A DNA stretch of 33,597 bases, from positions 1 through 33,597 of IMG/VR virus record IMGVR_UViG_3300027820_000071; one strand, given 5' to 3'. The DNA comes from a virus. Lineage: Duplodnaviria > Caudoviricetes. The notes below the pieces were generated by a model that did not search any database, was not told where the DNA came from, and saw nothing but the letters and a program-made list of their open reading frames with translations. The position numbers were made by a program, and so were the translations under genes. Every line of letters begins with the position of its first letter. The first letter of the stretch is position 1. Shown in pieces: positions 16,581-23,493 of this stretch.

Positions 16581-16775
16581 ATGGACGAGCTTAACGAATG
16601 CAAGCGAGCAATAGCAGCTATCAGGGATTTAATTAATGACTCTGAAGGGGTTGCTGGTCTACATCGGAACGGTGATATAGCCCCATGGGATGAGTTGCTG
16701 GCTGGTGGGCGTTTTGAGGAATGGCTGTTAGATTTCAGTATTGCTGAAGAGTTGTTGACGCATAACCAGAAATGA
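16581..16775 (+). CDS. Hypothetical protein (cassette 3)
   Basis: ATG lies in repeat copy 3. SEGVAGLHRNGDIAPWDELL.GGRFEEWL is a motif I recall from other phage proteins. Confidence 0.75.
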   Translation: MDELNECKRAIAAIRDLINDSEGVAGLHRNGDIAPWDELLAGGRFEEWLLDFSIAEELLTHNQK

Positions 16776-16790
16776 AGTACGGTAATCCAA

Positions 16791-17110
16791 TACGCAAAAC
16801 GCCTCGGTTAAGAGGCGCTTTACGTGAATCGGTTGCTTTTGACGGGGCACCGAAACAGTCAGTATCAGTATTATCCTTCCTGTTTCCCTTCCCGTCAATA
16901 GAATCAACCGCGCAAAATGCCAGCGATATGGCTAGGTGCGGTGTGGTCTGGTGGGTAAGAAGCCAGCGCATAACCCCAACCGCGTACCACTGGTGTCGGG
17001 CCAGCTACGATAATCCTCGATGGATAAACACCACCCGATTGCTGAATGTCGTTGACTTTTAAGTACTTAGTTACTTAATCGTCGAGCAAACGACGGGGTT
17101 TTTCTTTCTC
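16791..17110. ncRNA. Candidate structured RNA/origin element upstream of replication gene
   Basis: Nested inverted repeats CGGTTG/CAACCG, TTGACGGG/CCCGTCAA and GAAACAG/CTGTTTC, plus CGCCTC/GAGGCG, GTCGTT/AACGAC and TTAAGTA/TACTTAA. Confidence 0.5.
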
Positions 17111-17260
17111 TAAAATAAGGGTCTACAAGAATGAAATGGCTATACATAACACCAGAGGTAAAAATAATGGTTTTTTATGGACTTAAACACAAAGATAAAT
17201 GGAGGAATCCAACGAGGATGTCAGCTAAACATGACCTTCCTGCTAAACCAAGGGGTTCTC

Positions 17261-17809
17261 TTGAATAACTTCGATGAATTCTGGCGCGCATATCCAGGCA
17301 AGAAGGTAGCCAGGCCTAAGTGCAAGGAGAAATATGACAAATTGACAGAAGAGGAGCATAAGGAGGTGATGCTTGGTATCCAGGCGCAGTTGAGATTCCG
17401 GGTGGAGGCGAAGAAATCAGGCGAGTTTATGGCTGAATGGTGTAATTCACAAACATTCATCAATCAGCAGAGATGGTATGACGAGATCGGTTCACATGCC
17501 GAACTGAAAGAAAAGAGAGTTGAGAAGGAATGCTGCATTCAGGGCTGCTCAGAGCCCGTACACGCGCCTAACGGAGAGATAGCGAATGATGGGGGTGGGG
17601 CTTGCTTCTATCATCTTCAATTTACACCCAAAGGGAAGCTGAGGGCGAAGAAGTCCAAGGCAGATAAAGAATTAGGGCGTCTCAATACAGTAGATTTACT
17701 TAGAAAGCATTATGCAGAACATCCTGAAATACATAATTTGAGAGGTGAAGCTGCATTGAAATTTATGAAATATTCCATAGGAAAGATGAAAATAGTGGGA
17801 GATAGGTGA
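17261..17809 (+). CDS. Phage replication initiator-like protein (C-terminal-type domain) with Cys/His motif
   Basis: FDEFWRAYP.KK....C...Y.KL...TFINQQRWYDE. Likely TTG start after AGGGG (the ORF track starts at 17177). CCIQGC...CFYH. Confidence 0.7.
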   Translation: MNNFDEFWRAYPGKKVARPKCKEKYDKLTEEEHKEVMLGIQAQLRFRVEAKKSGEFMAEWCNSQTFINQQRWYDEIGSHAELKEKRVEKECCIQGCSEPVHAPNGEIANDGGGACFYHLQFTPKGKLRAKKSKADKELGRLNTVDLLRKHYAEHPEIHNLRGEAALKFMKYSIGKMKIVGDR

Positions 17810-17986
17810 ATGAGCTATCCAAAAGAAGAATGGAACAAGCTAACTGATGATGAAAAAATATTCATGAAAGAATTAGGCGATAAGTTTTCACCAAAGTACG
17901 AAGGAGTAGATTCACCTGGAGGGATTATTATCAAAGACGTTAAACCAAGAACACCATATAGGGCATGGTGGATAAAAGGGGGTTAA
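17810..17986 (+). CDS. Hypothetical protein (58 aa)
   Basis: MSYPKEEWNKLTDDEKIF...WWIKGG* fills the gap exactly. Confidence 0.55.
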   Translation: MSYPKEEWNKLTDDEKIFMKELGDKFSPKYEGVDSPGGIIIKDVKPRTPYRAWWIKGG

Positions 17987-17987
17987 A

Positions 17988-18239
17988 ATGGGTGTTAGAT
18001 GTACAACAGCAGGAGATGAGTTAGGAGCACAATCAAAAAGCATACATGGAGCTGTAGAAATAAGGTATAAGAAAAGCGGTGATGGTTGGGAGGTGTATAA
18101 CAATAGCGAGGGGAAAATTCTTTTCTCTCATAAATATAGAGATGATTGTGAAGACTACATTGCTAGCATGCATGATCTGTTCAGGCTAGTGGCTAAAGTT
18201 CCTTGGCGGGTGGAGGCGGAAGAAGATGAAACAGTTTGA
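17988..18239 (+). CDS. Hypothetical protein
   Basis: RBS AAGGGGG, operon context. Confidence 0.6.
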   Translation: MGVRCTTAGDELGAQSKSIHGAVEIRYKKSGDGWEVYNNSEGKILFSHKYRDDCEDYIASMHDLFRLVAKVPWRVEAEEDETV

Positions 18240-18459
18240 TGAGTGGTGGGTAATATATACTTCTGATAAAGGCGGATGCCCTAAAAATATGGGGGATAGA
18301 TCTTTCTTCAGCAAGGCTCTTACCATTGTAGGAGAGCATGCATTTAAGGCAGGCATGTTAGCAGCTGCTGATATAACTGAGGCTATTGACTTGTCTTGTG
18401 ACGAATTTGTCACCCTAGAAATGATAGCTGAGGAGATAAGGCAGGCAGTAAATGGCTGA
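18226..18459 (+). CDS. Hypothetical protein
   Basis: RBS GGAGG, overlaps both neighbours. Confidence 0.6.
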   Translation: MKQFDEWWVIYTSDKGGCPKNMGDRSFFSKALTIVGEHAFKAGMLAAADITEAIDLSCDEFVTLEMIAEEIRQAVNG

Positions 18460-18766
18460 AAGCCCAACAAGTAGAACACTAAAGAGGCTAAGAAAAGAGG
18501 GGTACTTAGCTGATGTAACGGAGAAGTGGATTCCAGGGGCTAATATTAGAAAGGACTTATTTGGATTTATAGATGTTTTGTGTATAAAAGGGACAGAGAT
18601 ACTTGGTGTTCAGGCAACAAGCTATACAAATATATCAGCACGTGTAAAGAAAATAGCAGAACATGAGCACGTTGATGCTGTCAGGGATGCGGGAATATGC
18701 ATAGAGGTGTGGGGTTGGCGAAAGGTTAAGAATCGCTGGCAGGTTAGGATTGTAGATGTTAGTTAG
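18452..18766 (+). CDS. PD-(D/E)XK nuclease/Holliday-junction resolvase-like protein
   Basis: SPT.RTL..LR.EGY...V.EKW...RKDLFGFIDVL.......GVQATS. Confidence 0.75.
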   Translation: MAESPTSRTLKRLRKEGYLADVTEKWIPGANIRKDLFGFIDVLCIKGTEILGVQATSYTNISARVKKIAEHEHVDAVRDAGICIEVWGWRKVKNRWQVRIVDVS

Positions 18767-18775
18767 GGGATAGCA

Positions 18776-19084
18776 ATGAAATATATACTCGCAATAATAC
18801 TTTCTGTTTCTGTTTCAACAGCTCAGGCTGGGTTCTTTGATTTTGTTGAGGATGCATTCGGCAAGACTGGTATATTCCATAAAAAGGGGAATGGTCATGA
18901 TAGGGGTACATTTGAAGGTCCGATATTTCCGCCACCTCCTATAATTGAAATCCCGCCTAATGGATTTGATGAGAATCCTTTGGACTGTCCTGATGAGCCT
19001 ATAGCTGCAGTGCCAGTGCCGCCGGCAGCTTGGCTGTTTCTATCGGGATTGATAGGACTTATCGGTATAGCAAGGAAGAGATAA
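18776..19084 (+). CDS. Secreted VPLPA-CTERM (PEP-CTERM-like) protein
   Basis: Signal peptide ending AQA. C-terminus AVPVPPAAWLFLSGLIGLIGIARKR gives motif, TM helix and basic tail. Confidence 0.88.
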   Translation: MKYILAIILSVSVSTAQAGFFDFVEDAFGKTGIFHKKGNGHDRGTFEGPIFPPPPIIEIPPNGFDENPLDCPDEPIAAVPVPPAAWLFLSGLIGLIGIARKR

Positions 19085-19103
19085 AAATATATTGGGGGTA
19101 GTT

Positions 19104-19448
19104 ATGGCAAGACGTAGAACAGATCCACATGAAAGGGCTCATTGTGCATTAGAGGATTGGGCTAGTTTTATATTAACCACGTTAACAAGTCAGGAATTAG
19201 GCTATCAAATAGCGCAATTAGACGTAGAAAGGGTGCAGACACCACCTAAAGCACTAATCCCAAGGGTTACATTCACCCCATATACAGTTAAATGCATAGA
19301 AAACTGGTATGACATAGCAACGGATACGTTAAAAGAAACAGCTTATCTATATTATTTGGCTGAAATAGAAGAGAAAAAAAGAGTAACGCGAAGACAGCAC
19401 GGGTATTTAATAGCTAACGTTTCTAGATACTTGACAGGACTGTCCTAA
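19104..19448 (+). CDS. Putative late regulator (antiterminator Q-like)
   Basis: LEDWA.F.......LGY pattern. Last gene of the replication/nuclease arm, where Q sits in lambdoid phages. Confidence 0.45.
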   Translation: MARRRTDPHERAHCALEDWASFILTTLTSQELGYQIAQLDVERVQTPPKALIPRVTFTPYTVKCIENWYDIATDTLKETAYLYYLAEIEEKKRVTRRQHGYLIANVSRYLTGLS

Positions 19449-19467
19449 TTATGGAACATATAGGCTA

Positions 19468-19709
19468 GATTTAAATCATGCCCCCAAAGGAAAGGCAAAT
19501 GCCTTCACTACAATGTTTTGCCAGATCTGCCATGGAACGATACAGGTCCATGTCACGAGAAGTGGCAGGTATTGTAGGTGCTCCATTTGTGGTCAGCTAT
19601 CTGTAACCCTCCCCCCCTTGTGGCAGATAGTCGGCCGTCCAGTTTGCGGACCTGAGCAGGGTTTCCTCCGGCATCTCCTATACCCTGTGGAAAAACCGCA
19701 TTTAAAATC
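19468..19709. ncRNA. Candidate multi-hairpin RNA
   Basis: Stems CTACAAT/ATTGTAG, CTGCCA/TGGCAG, CTATCTG/CAGATAG, TGCGG/CCGCA and CAGGGT/ACCCTG. The ends GATTTAAAT/ATTTAAAATC can pair. Confidence 0.5.
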
Positions 19710-19785
19710 AGTAATATAGATGGTGTTAGGTTGTCAATAGAATGAGTAAGGTTGTTAATAAAGAAGAACCAGTGGGTGTAAAGGC

Positions 19786-19833
19786 AGGCAAGCCTAAAAA
19801 CGAAGCTATGTCTTTAGCTTTTAAGGCTTGCCT
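19786..19833. terminator. Long hairpin between convergent units
   Basis: AGGCAAGCCT...AGCTA-N6-TAGCT...AGGCTTGCCT. Confidence 0.55.
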
Positions 19834-19846
19834 TAAAGAGAAGAAA

Positions 19847-20257
19847 TCAAAAGCCCCACGAAAGTCCTAGCCTGAAGTTATTAGCAACAATAGCGCCATT
19901 AAAAGACAGGGATACATTCTGCCAATACCGCCTGTATTTCGGTTTAAGCATTGCAGAGATTGCATAGTGTGTAATCCCGGTCCCTATGAAATAGGCTGCA
20001 GTTTGTCCTGACGTTGGATTCTCGCCGAACATACCGGTAATGATTGGATTCTTCTCTACCAGATCGTCGTGATTCTGAATATCGGCAGTCTGACCAGCAT
20101 CTATAGCTAGAATCGCCATGTAAGCCACCTGTCGGCCTGTGTCAGCCCTTGTCCAGTTCTCAGGTACAAGGTCAAGGGCTGAGCACTTAGCAGCGTACAT
20201 CGTGGCTACAGCGGCTATCAGTAGGGCTATGAGTCCGGGTATGCGTTGGTTAGTCAT
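19847..20257 (-). CDS. Exported membrane-associated protein
   Basis: Signal peptide, W...D...Q.AY.....IDAGQT, E.NPI..G..P and C-terminal LGLSWGF. Confidence 0.65.
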   Translation of the reverse strand: MTNQRIPGLIALLIAAVATMYAAKCSALDLVPENWTRADTGRQVAYMAILAIDAGQTADIQNHDDLVEKNPIITGMFGENPTSGQTAAYFIGTGITHYAISAMLKPKYRRYWQNVSLSFNGAIVANNFRLGLSWGF

Positions 20258-20469
20258 AACCCAACCTGATTAGTTATAAAGTCCATACAGCGTTCTAATC
20301 GTTCTGATAGCTCGCTTATAATCGGGTTGTCTGAATAATCATCGCAATACTTTATAAATTCTCGGGTAGTCATATTGCGCAGGGTTGCTTCGTTGTGATC
20401 GTTACTTAGGAGCTTTAATTCGGAATCAGCCCATGCTACGGCTTTAATTTCTTTAATCGGATTAAGCAT
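20254..20469 (-). CDS. Hypothetical protein
   Basis: RBS AAGGGG, 4-bp overlap with the next gene. Confidence 0.6.
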   Translation of the reverse strand: MLNPIKEIKAVAWADSELKLLSNDHNEATLRNMTTREFIKYCDDYSDNPIISELSERLERCMDFITNQVGL

Positions 20470-20475
20470 TATTGG

Positions 20476-20628
20476 TTACCCCTTAGTTGTTGTGCTCATA
20501 ATTGCTAGCAGTGTTGCGGCTCGCTTGCTGAGGACTGGTTTAGGCATATGTGTTTTTGCAGTTCCAGCCTTTTCTATTGCTTTAGCTTTTCGTTCTTCGT
20601 AAGTGCCACGTGCTTTTGCTTGGCCCAT
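20476..20628 (-). CDS. Small basic protein (50 aa)
   Basis: MGQAKARGTYEERKAKAIEK... is a recurrent small phage protein start. Confidence 0.6.
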   Translation of the reverse strand: MGQAKARGTYEERKAKAIEKAGTAKTHMPKPVLSKRAATLLAIMSTTTKG

Positions 20629-20629
20629 G

Positions 20630-20806
20630 TCATATCACCTTAGTGGTTGTCATGCTGGCCCAGCTATCAACGAGTGCCCGTATCTCTGCTATCCGTGCAT
20701 CTACCTTGTCCGCTGCGGCTCGGTGCTTTTCTACTTCCGCCATAATTGCATCCCATTGCTTGCATTTATCATTGCGGCGGTCGTCTCTGTTTTCACGGTG
20801 TTCCAT
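20630..20806 (-). CDS. Hypothetical protein (58 aa)
   Basis: MEHRENRDDRRNDKCKQWDAIMAEV...TTTKVI* with RBS AAGGA. Confidence 0.55.
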   Translation of the reverse strand: MEHRENRDDRRNDKCKQWDAIMAEVEKHRAAADKVDARIAEIRALVDSWASMTTTKVI

Positions 20807-20940
20807 GGTTTAGTCCTTATAAATAAATACTTGCGAGTGTGTAAAGAGAAGTAACAAGCCCGGCATATACGACAATTGCAATACCTAGTTTTGCTCTGGT
20901 CTCACTAGATGGACAGTATTTTCGGTAGTCGTAAGGCATT

Positions 20941-21141
20941 TTATTCCCCCTTATACCCTGTAGACTCGCGGCAAACCTGATCAGCCTTAACGGTTTCAGT
21001 ATCAGTAAGTGCGCCTGATGTCCTTGTGCAGTGGTAATAGTCGGATTCCACCTGATAGGTATCGATCACACCGCCGAGATTGTTGGAGCCCCACACGATA
21101 GTGGAGACGATAGCTATGGTGATGAGTGCTGGTTTAATCAT
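20941..21141 (-). CDS. Small exported protein
   Basis: Hydrophobic N-terminus, two Cys, RBS ACAGGGG. Follows sigma28-type promoter 2. Confidence 0.6.
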   Translation of the reverse strand: MIKPALITIAIVSTIVWGSNNLGGVIDTYQVESDYYHCTRTSGALTDTETVKADQVCRESTGYKGE

Positions 21142-21165
21142 TGTTAATCCCCTGTAATAATTACG

Positions 21166-21192
21166 ATAACGGCTATCAGAATGAGAACTTTA
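21166..21192 (-). promoter_or_regulatory. sigma28/FliA-type promoter 2
   Basis: TAAA-GTTCTCATTCTGATA-GCCGTTAT (N15). Confidence 0.7.
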
Positions 21193-21344
21193 ATCATTTT
21201 TAGCTGGCCATACGCACTCTAGGCTTATTGGTAGCCCAGAAGTCGCCCCAGCTACCATTTAAAGCCATCCATTCGTAACGGTCGCGTTCGTATTCATCTA
21301 TTCCGTTGATATTGGCGATGTCCTCTGTTAGTTAGCTTTGATCC

Positions 21345-21368
21345 TAAAGCCCACTCTATGAATGGGCT
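21345..21368 (-). terminator. Hairpin, possible terminator
   Basis: AGCCCA-N9-TGGGCT with a short U tail on the minus strand. Confidence 0.45.
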
Positions 21369-21380
21369 GAAGTGATTAGG

Positions 21381-21560
21381 CTAATCTAATTCGCGCTCAG
21401 CGTCGGCGATTGACGCCTCTACAGCGTCATGGTTAGGCTCACCGTTTACCCAAGGGATAACATCATAAATAAAATCCGAATATTCCATGGTATCGTCCGA
21501 ACTAACTTCACGCGTATAGACATTACCTTGATAAATGCAAACTTCTGTGTTCCAGTTCAT
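21381..21560 (-). CDS. Hypothetical acidic protein (59 aa)
   Basis: MNWNTEVCIYQGNVYTREV...AERELD* with RBS AGGAG. Confidence 0.6.
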   Translation of the reverse strand: MNWNTEVCIYQGNVYTREVSSDDTMEYSDFIYDVIPWVNGEPNHDAVEASIADAERELD

Positions 21561-21587
21561 TGTCTTAACTCCTAATGTGTTTATGGT

Positions 21588-21905
21588 CTAGTCGACGTAA
21601 TCTTTAGCTTTAGCCTTGATTTCATCGCTATATTCAACAGAAATAAAAACAAACTTAACTTGAGGGGTATCATCCCTGCTGTTTGAGTATTCGTAGCAAT
21701 CTGTCATACCGTCAAAATGCCCGGACTGGAACTGATTACAGAAAGATTTAACTTCATCCAAGGCTGCAGGCGAAAGATCCTGGAAGATTGTTATATTTAC
21801 GCTGCTAGTCATACTTGCACTAGAAGCACGGACTTTTGCTTTTATCCCGTGCTCTTTAAGTTTTGATCGGATTGCCTTAGCGGCTGCTGCGTGATTGCTT
21901 AACAT
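21588..21905 (-). CDS. LPD29-like domain protein
   Basis: AAAAKAIR..LK...VR.......SSVNI...FQSGHFDGMTDCYEY...QVKFVF. Confidence 0.75.
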   Translation of the reverse strand: MLSNHAAAAKAIRSKLKEHGIKAKVRASSASMTSSVNITIFQDLSPAALDEVKSFCNQFQSGHFDGMTDCYEYSNSRDDTPQVKFVFISVEYSDEIKAKAKDYVD

Positions 21906-21933
21906 TGTCTTTCCCCTTGTAGTGTTACTATAT

Positions 21934-21960
21934 TTAACGGCACCTGACCTGAAACCTTTA
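21934..21960 (-). promoter_or_regulatory. sigma28/FliA-type promoter 3
   Basis: TAAA-GGTTTCAGGTCAGGT-GCCGTTAA (N15). Confidence 0.8.
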
Positions 21961-21975
21961 GTGACCTAGTTCACA

Positions 21976-22170
21976 TTACTTATAAAGTTTTGCTACCAGA
22001 AAGGCATAAAGGATTTCTTGCACGGCTTCATCCTTGGTTAAGGACTTACCGGATACATCATTCTTAGTATCAAACGAATATTTCCTAAGTGCTTCAATCA
22101 CTTCAGGATGCGTTAGGTTAATGGTAATTCCACCTTGGGACTTTAAGTAAGCTTCATGTATTGTTGTCAT
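21976..22170 (-). CDS. Hypothetical protein
   Basis: RBS GAGG. First gene after the sigma54-type promoter. Confidence 0.6.
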   Translation of the reverse strand: MTTIHEAYLKSQGGITINLTHPEVIEALRKYSFDTKNDVSGKSLTKDEAVQEILYAFLVAKLYK

Positions 22171-22199
22171 GTCATAACCTCGTTGTGTACCCTAAACAA

Positions 22200-22215
22200 T
22201 GCAGAACACATGCCA
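22200..22215 (-). promoter_or_regulatory. sigma54 -24/-12 promoter
   Basis: TGGCATGTGTTCTGCA is GG-N10-GC, about 30 bp upstream of ATG 22170. Confidence 0.7.
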
Positions 22216-22290
22216 ATAATTATAAGTACCTGAATACAGGACAGATAGGCAAAACAAGAACAATATACCAACCAGTATCTAGGTAAGAGA

Positions 22291-22395
22291 TGTAAAATAT
22301 CTGGACGCTGTTTGATATAAATCAATAACTTAAGTGTGTATAAAATCTTGACGAAAGCGTTAAATATCTTGACTAACAACACTATCAACCACTTA
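22291..22395. promoter_or_regulatory. Three 17-bp enhancer-like boxes and two IHF consensus sites
   Basis: Boxes TGTAAAATATCTGGACG (22291), TGTATAAAATCTTGACG (22337) and CGTTAAATATCTTGACT (22358). WATCAANNNNTTR at 22320 and 22383. Confidence 0.7.
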
Positions 22396-22441
22396 AGGCG
22401 TATAATCCATTGACACTTAAGAATGAAGTGGGTCACAGAAT

Positions 22442-22642
22442 ATGAAACTAGCCTTTGCATATAAGCTATTCAGATCTTGGGATAACACAAGGCTAGACTC
22501 AGCTTGTAAAGCCTTCATGTTCATTAATGGCGAGAACGTCCCGCTAAATCAGCCATATCAGCCTAGGACAATAGTATCCAAGCATATGCCAGCACAGCAG
22601 ATCTATTCCTTGGTGCCTCCTAAATATAGCTCAACTCAGTAA
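22442..22642 (+). CDS. Hypothetical protein
   Basis: ORF only, weak RBS. Confidence 0.4.
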   Translation: MKLAFAYKLFRSWDNTRLDSACKAFMFINGENVPLNQPYQPRTIVSKHMPAQQIYSLVPPKYSSTQ

Positions 22643-22899
22643 TGGTGAGCGCTTGACGGGTCGTTCCAATCTCCTTTGGATTTGTATCCAGGACTTAGAA
22701 CCCACGCTCCGTATCCAGTACGGAATCCACCAATATTAGGGAAGGTTTTATGCAGAAGGTTGAGGACTTCTTCTGTTTTATCGTAATCGACATCACCCGA
22801 TTCATCATTGACTGAGAACTCAAGCTCTTTGCGGCTGTAAGCCCAGTCCACCTGGAAGGAAAGATTAGAAAAGAACGTGCTAAGCTTTGATTTGGTCAT
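22636..22899 (-). CDS. Hypothetical protein
   Basis: RBS GGAG. Follows sigma28-type promoter 4. Confidence 0.65.
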   Translation of the reverse strand: MTKSKLSTFFSNLSFQVDWAYSRKELEFSVNDESGDVDYDKTEEVLNLLHKTFPNIGGFRTGYGAWVLSPGYKSKGDWNDPSSAHHY

Positions 22900-22936
22900 G
22901 GTCTATACTCCAATGATTACGTGTTTGTTATGATAG

Positions 22937-22963
22937 TTAACGACAGGCGTACAGAATACTTTA
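22937..22963 (-). promoter_or_regulatory. sigma28/FliA-type promoter 4
   Basis: TAAA-GTATTCTGTACGCCT-GTCGTTAA (N15). Confidence 0.7.
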
Positions 22964-23019
22964 GTGAGCTCCATCACAATTTTGGAATTAACCCACCTTG
23001 CAGACAGCAGGTAATAGAC

Positions 23020-23493
23020 ATGGCAGAAACTCAGCCTCTTAAGAAGAAGCACCCAGGCGGAAGGCCAACTAAATACACTCCAGAACTAATAAGGAAAACG
23101 AAGGAGTACTTGGAAGGCTGGGAACAACACGGCCATAAAATACCTAGCATATCTGGACTATCTCAAGTCATTGACGTGACAAGAGAAAGAATTGCTATCT
23201 GGAGACAAGATAAGAATAAACAAGAGTTTAGTCGCATCATTGATAGATTAATGTCAATGCAAGAGACGAAATTGCTCGATAATGGCCTGGATGGTACGTT
23301 CAATTCAGCGATCACCAAGCTGTGTTTGAGCAAGCACGGATACTATGATAATCCTCAAGCTAATCAAGCAGCTACAGGCATCCAGGTGACAGTGAACAGA
23401 GGCATAGTAAAGCTGGAGACAGGTGGACAGACCCTGACAGTGGATGCATCAGAGCAGGCTGTTGATGGTGAGGTGCTTGAGCACAAGCCCTGA
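23020..23493 (+). CDS. terS: Terminase small subunit (P22 gp3-like)
   Basis: GGRPTKY, PSISGL and QE..L...GL.G.FNSAITKL.L..HGY. Likely start ATG 23020. Confidence 0.85.
   Translation: MAETQPLKKKHPGGRPTKYTPELIRKTKEYLEGWEQHGHKIPSISGLSQVIDVTRERIAIWRQDKNKQEFSRIIDRLMSMQETKLLDNGLDGTFNSAITKLCLSKHGYYDNPQANQAATGIQVTVNRGIVKLETGGQTLTVDASEQAVDGEVLEHKP

Larger units (their letters stand above)
16121..16583 (+). repeat. Three 20-nt gene-boundary repeats GATGAATAGGAG(G/T)GGATATG
   Basis: Copies start at 16121, 16343 and 16564. Copies 2 and 3 also share upstream TTGACCAACCC. Confidence 0.92.

Noticed and set aside
16121-16583. CRISPR array interpretation of the spaced repeats
   Set aside because: The intervals are about 200-bp intact genes, the repeats are stop/RBS/start sequences, and there are no cas genes.
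16772-17062. 96-aa ORF as a real gene
   Set aside because: Atypical composition and overlap with a heavily base-paired region. The ATGA overlap keeps it possible, so it is left uncalled.
19431-19460. TTGACA as a pR'-like sigma70 promoter after the Q-like gene
   Set aside because: No convincing -10 at 16-18 bp (GAACAT at 17), so it is not called.
20917-20945. Possible fifth sigma28 promoter (TAAA...ACCGAAAA)
   Set aside because: Spacing is 13 rather than 15 bp and the -10 match is poor.
22291-22395. attP interpretation of the IHF sites and repeats
   Set aside because: No integrase is in the window, and the geometry fits the adjacent sigma54 box better. Not fully excluded.
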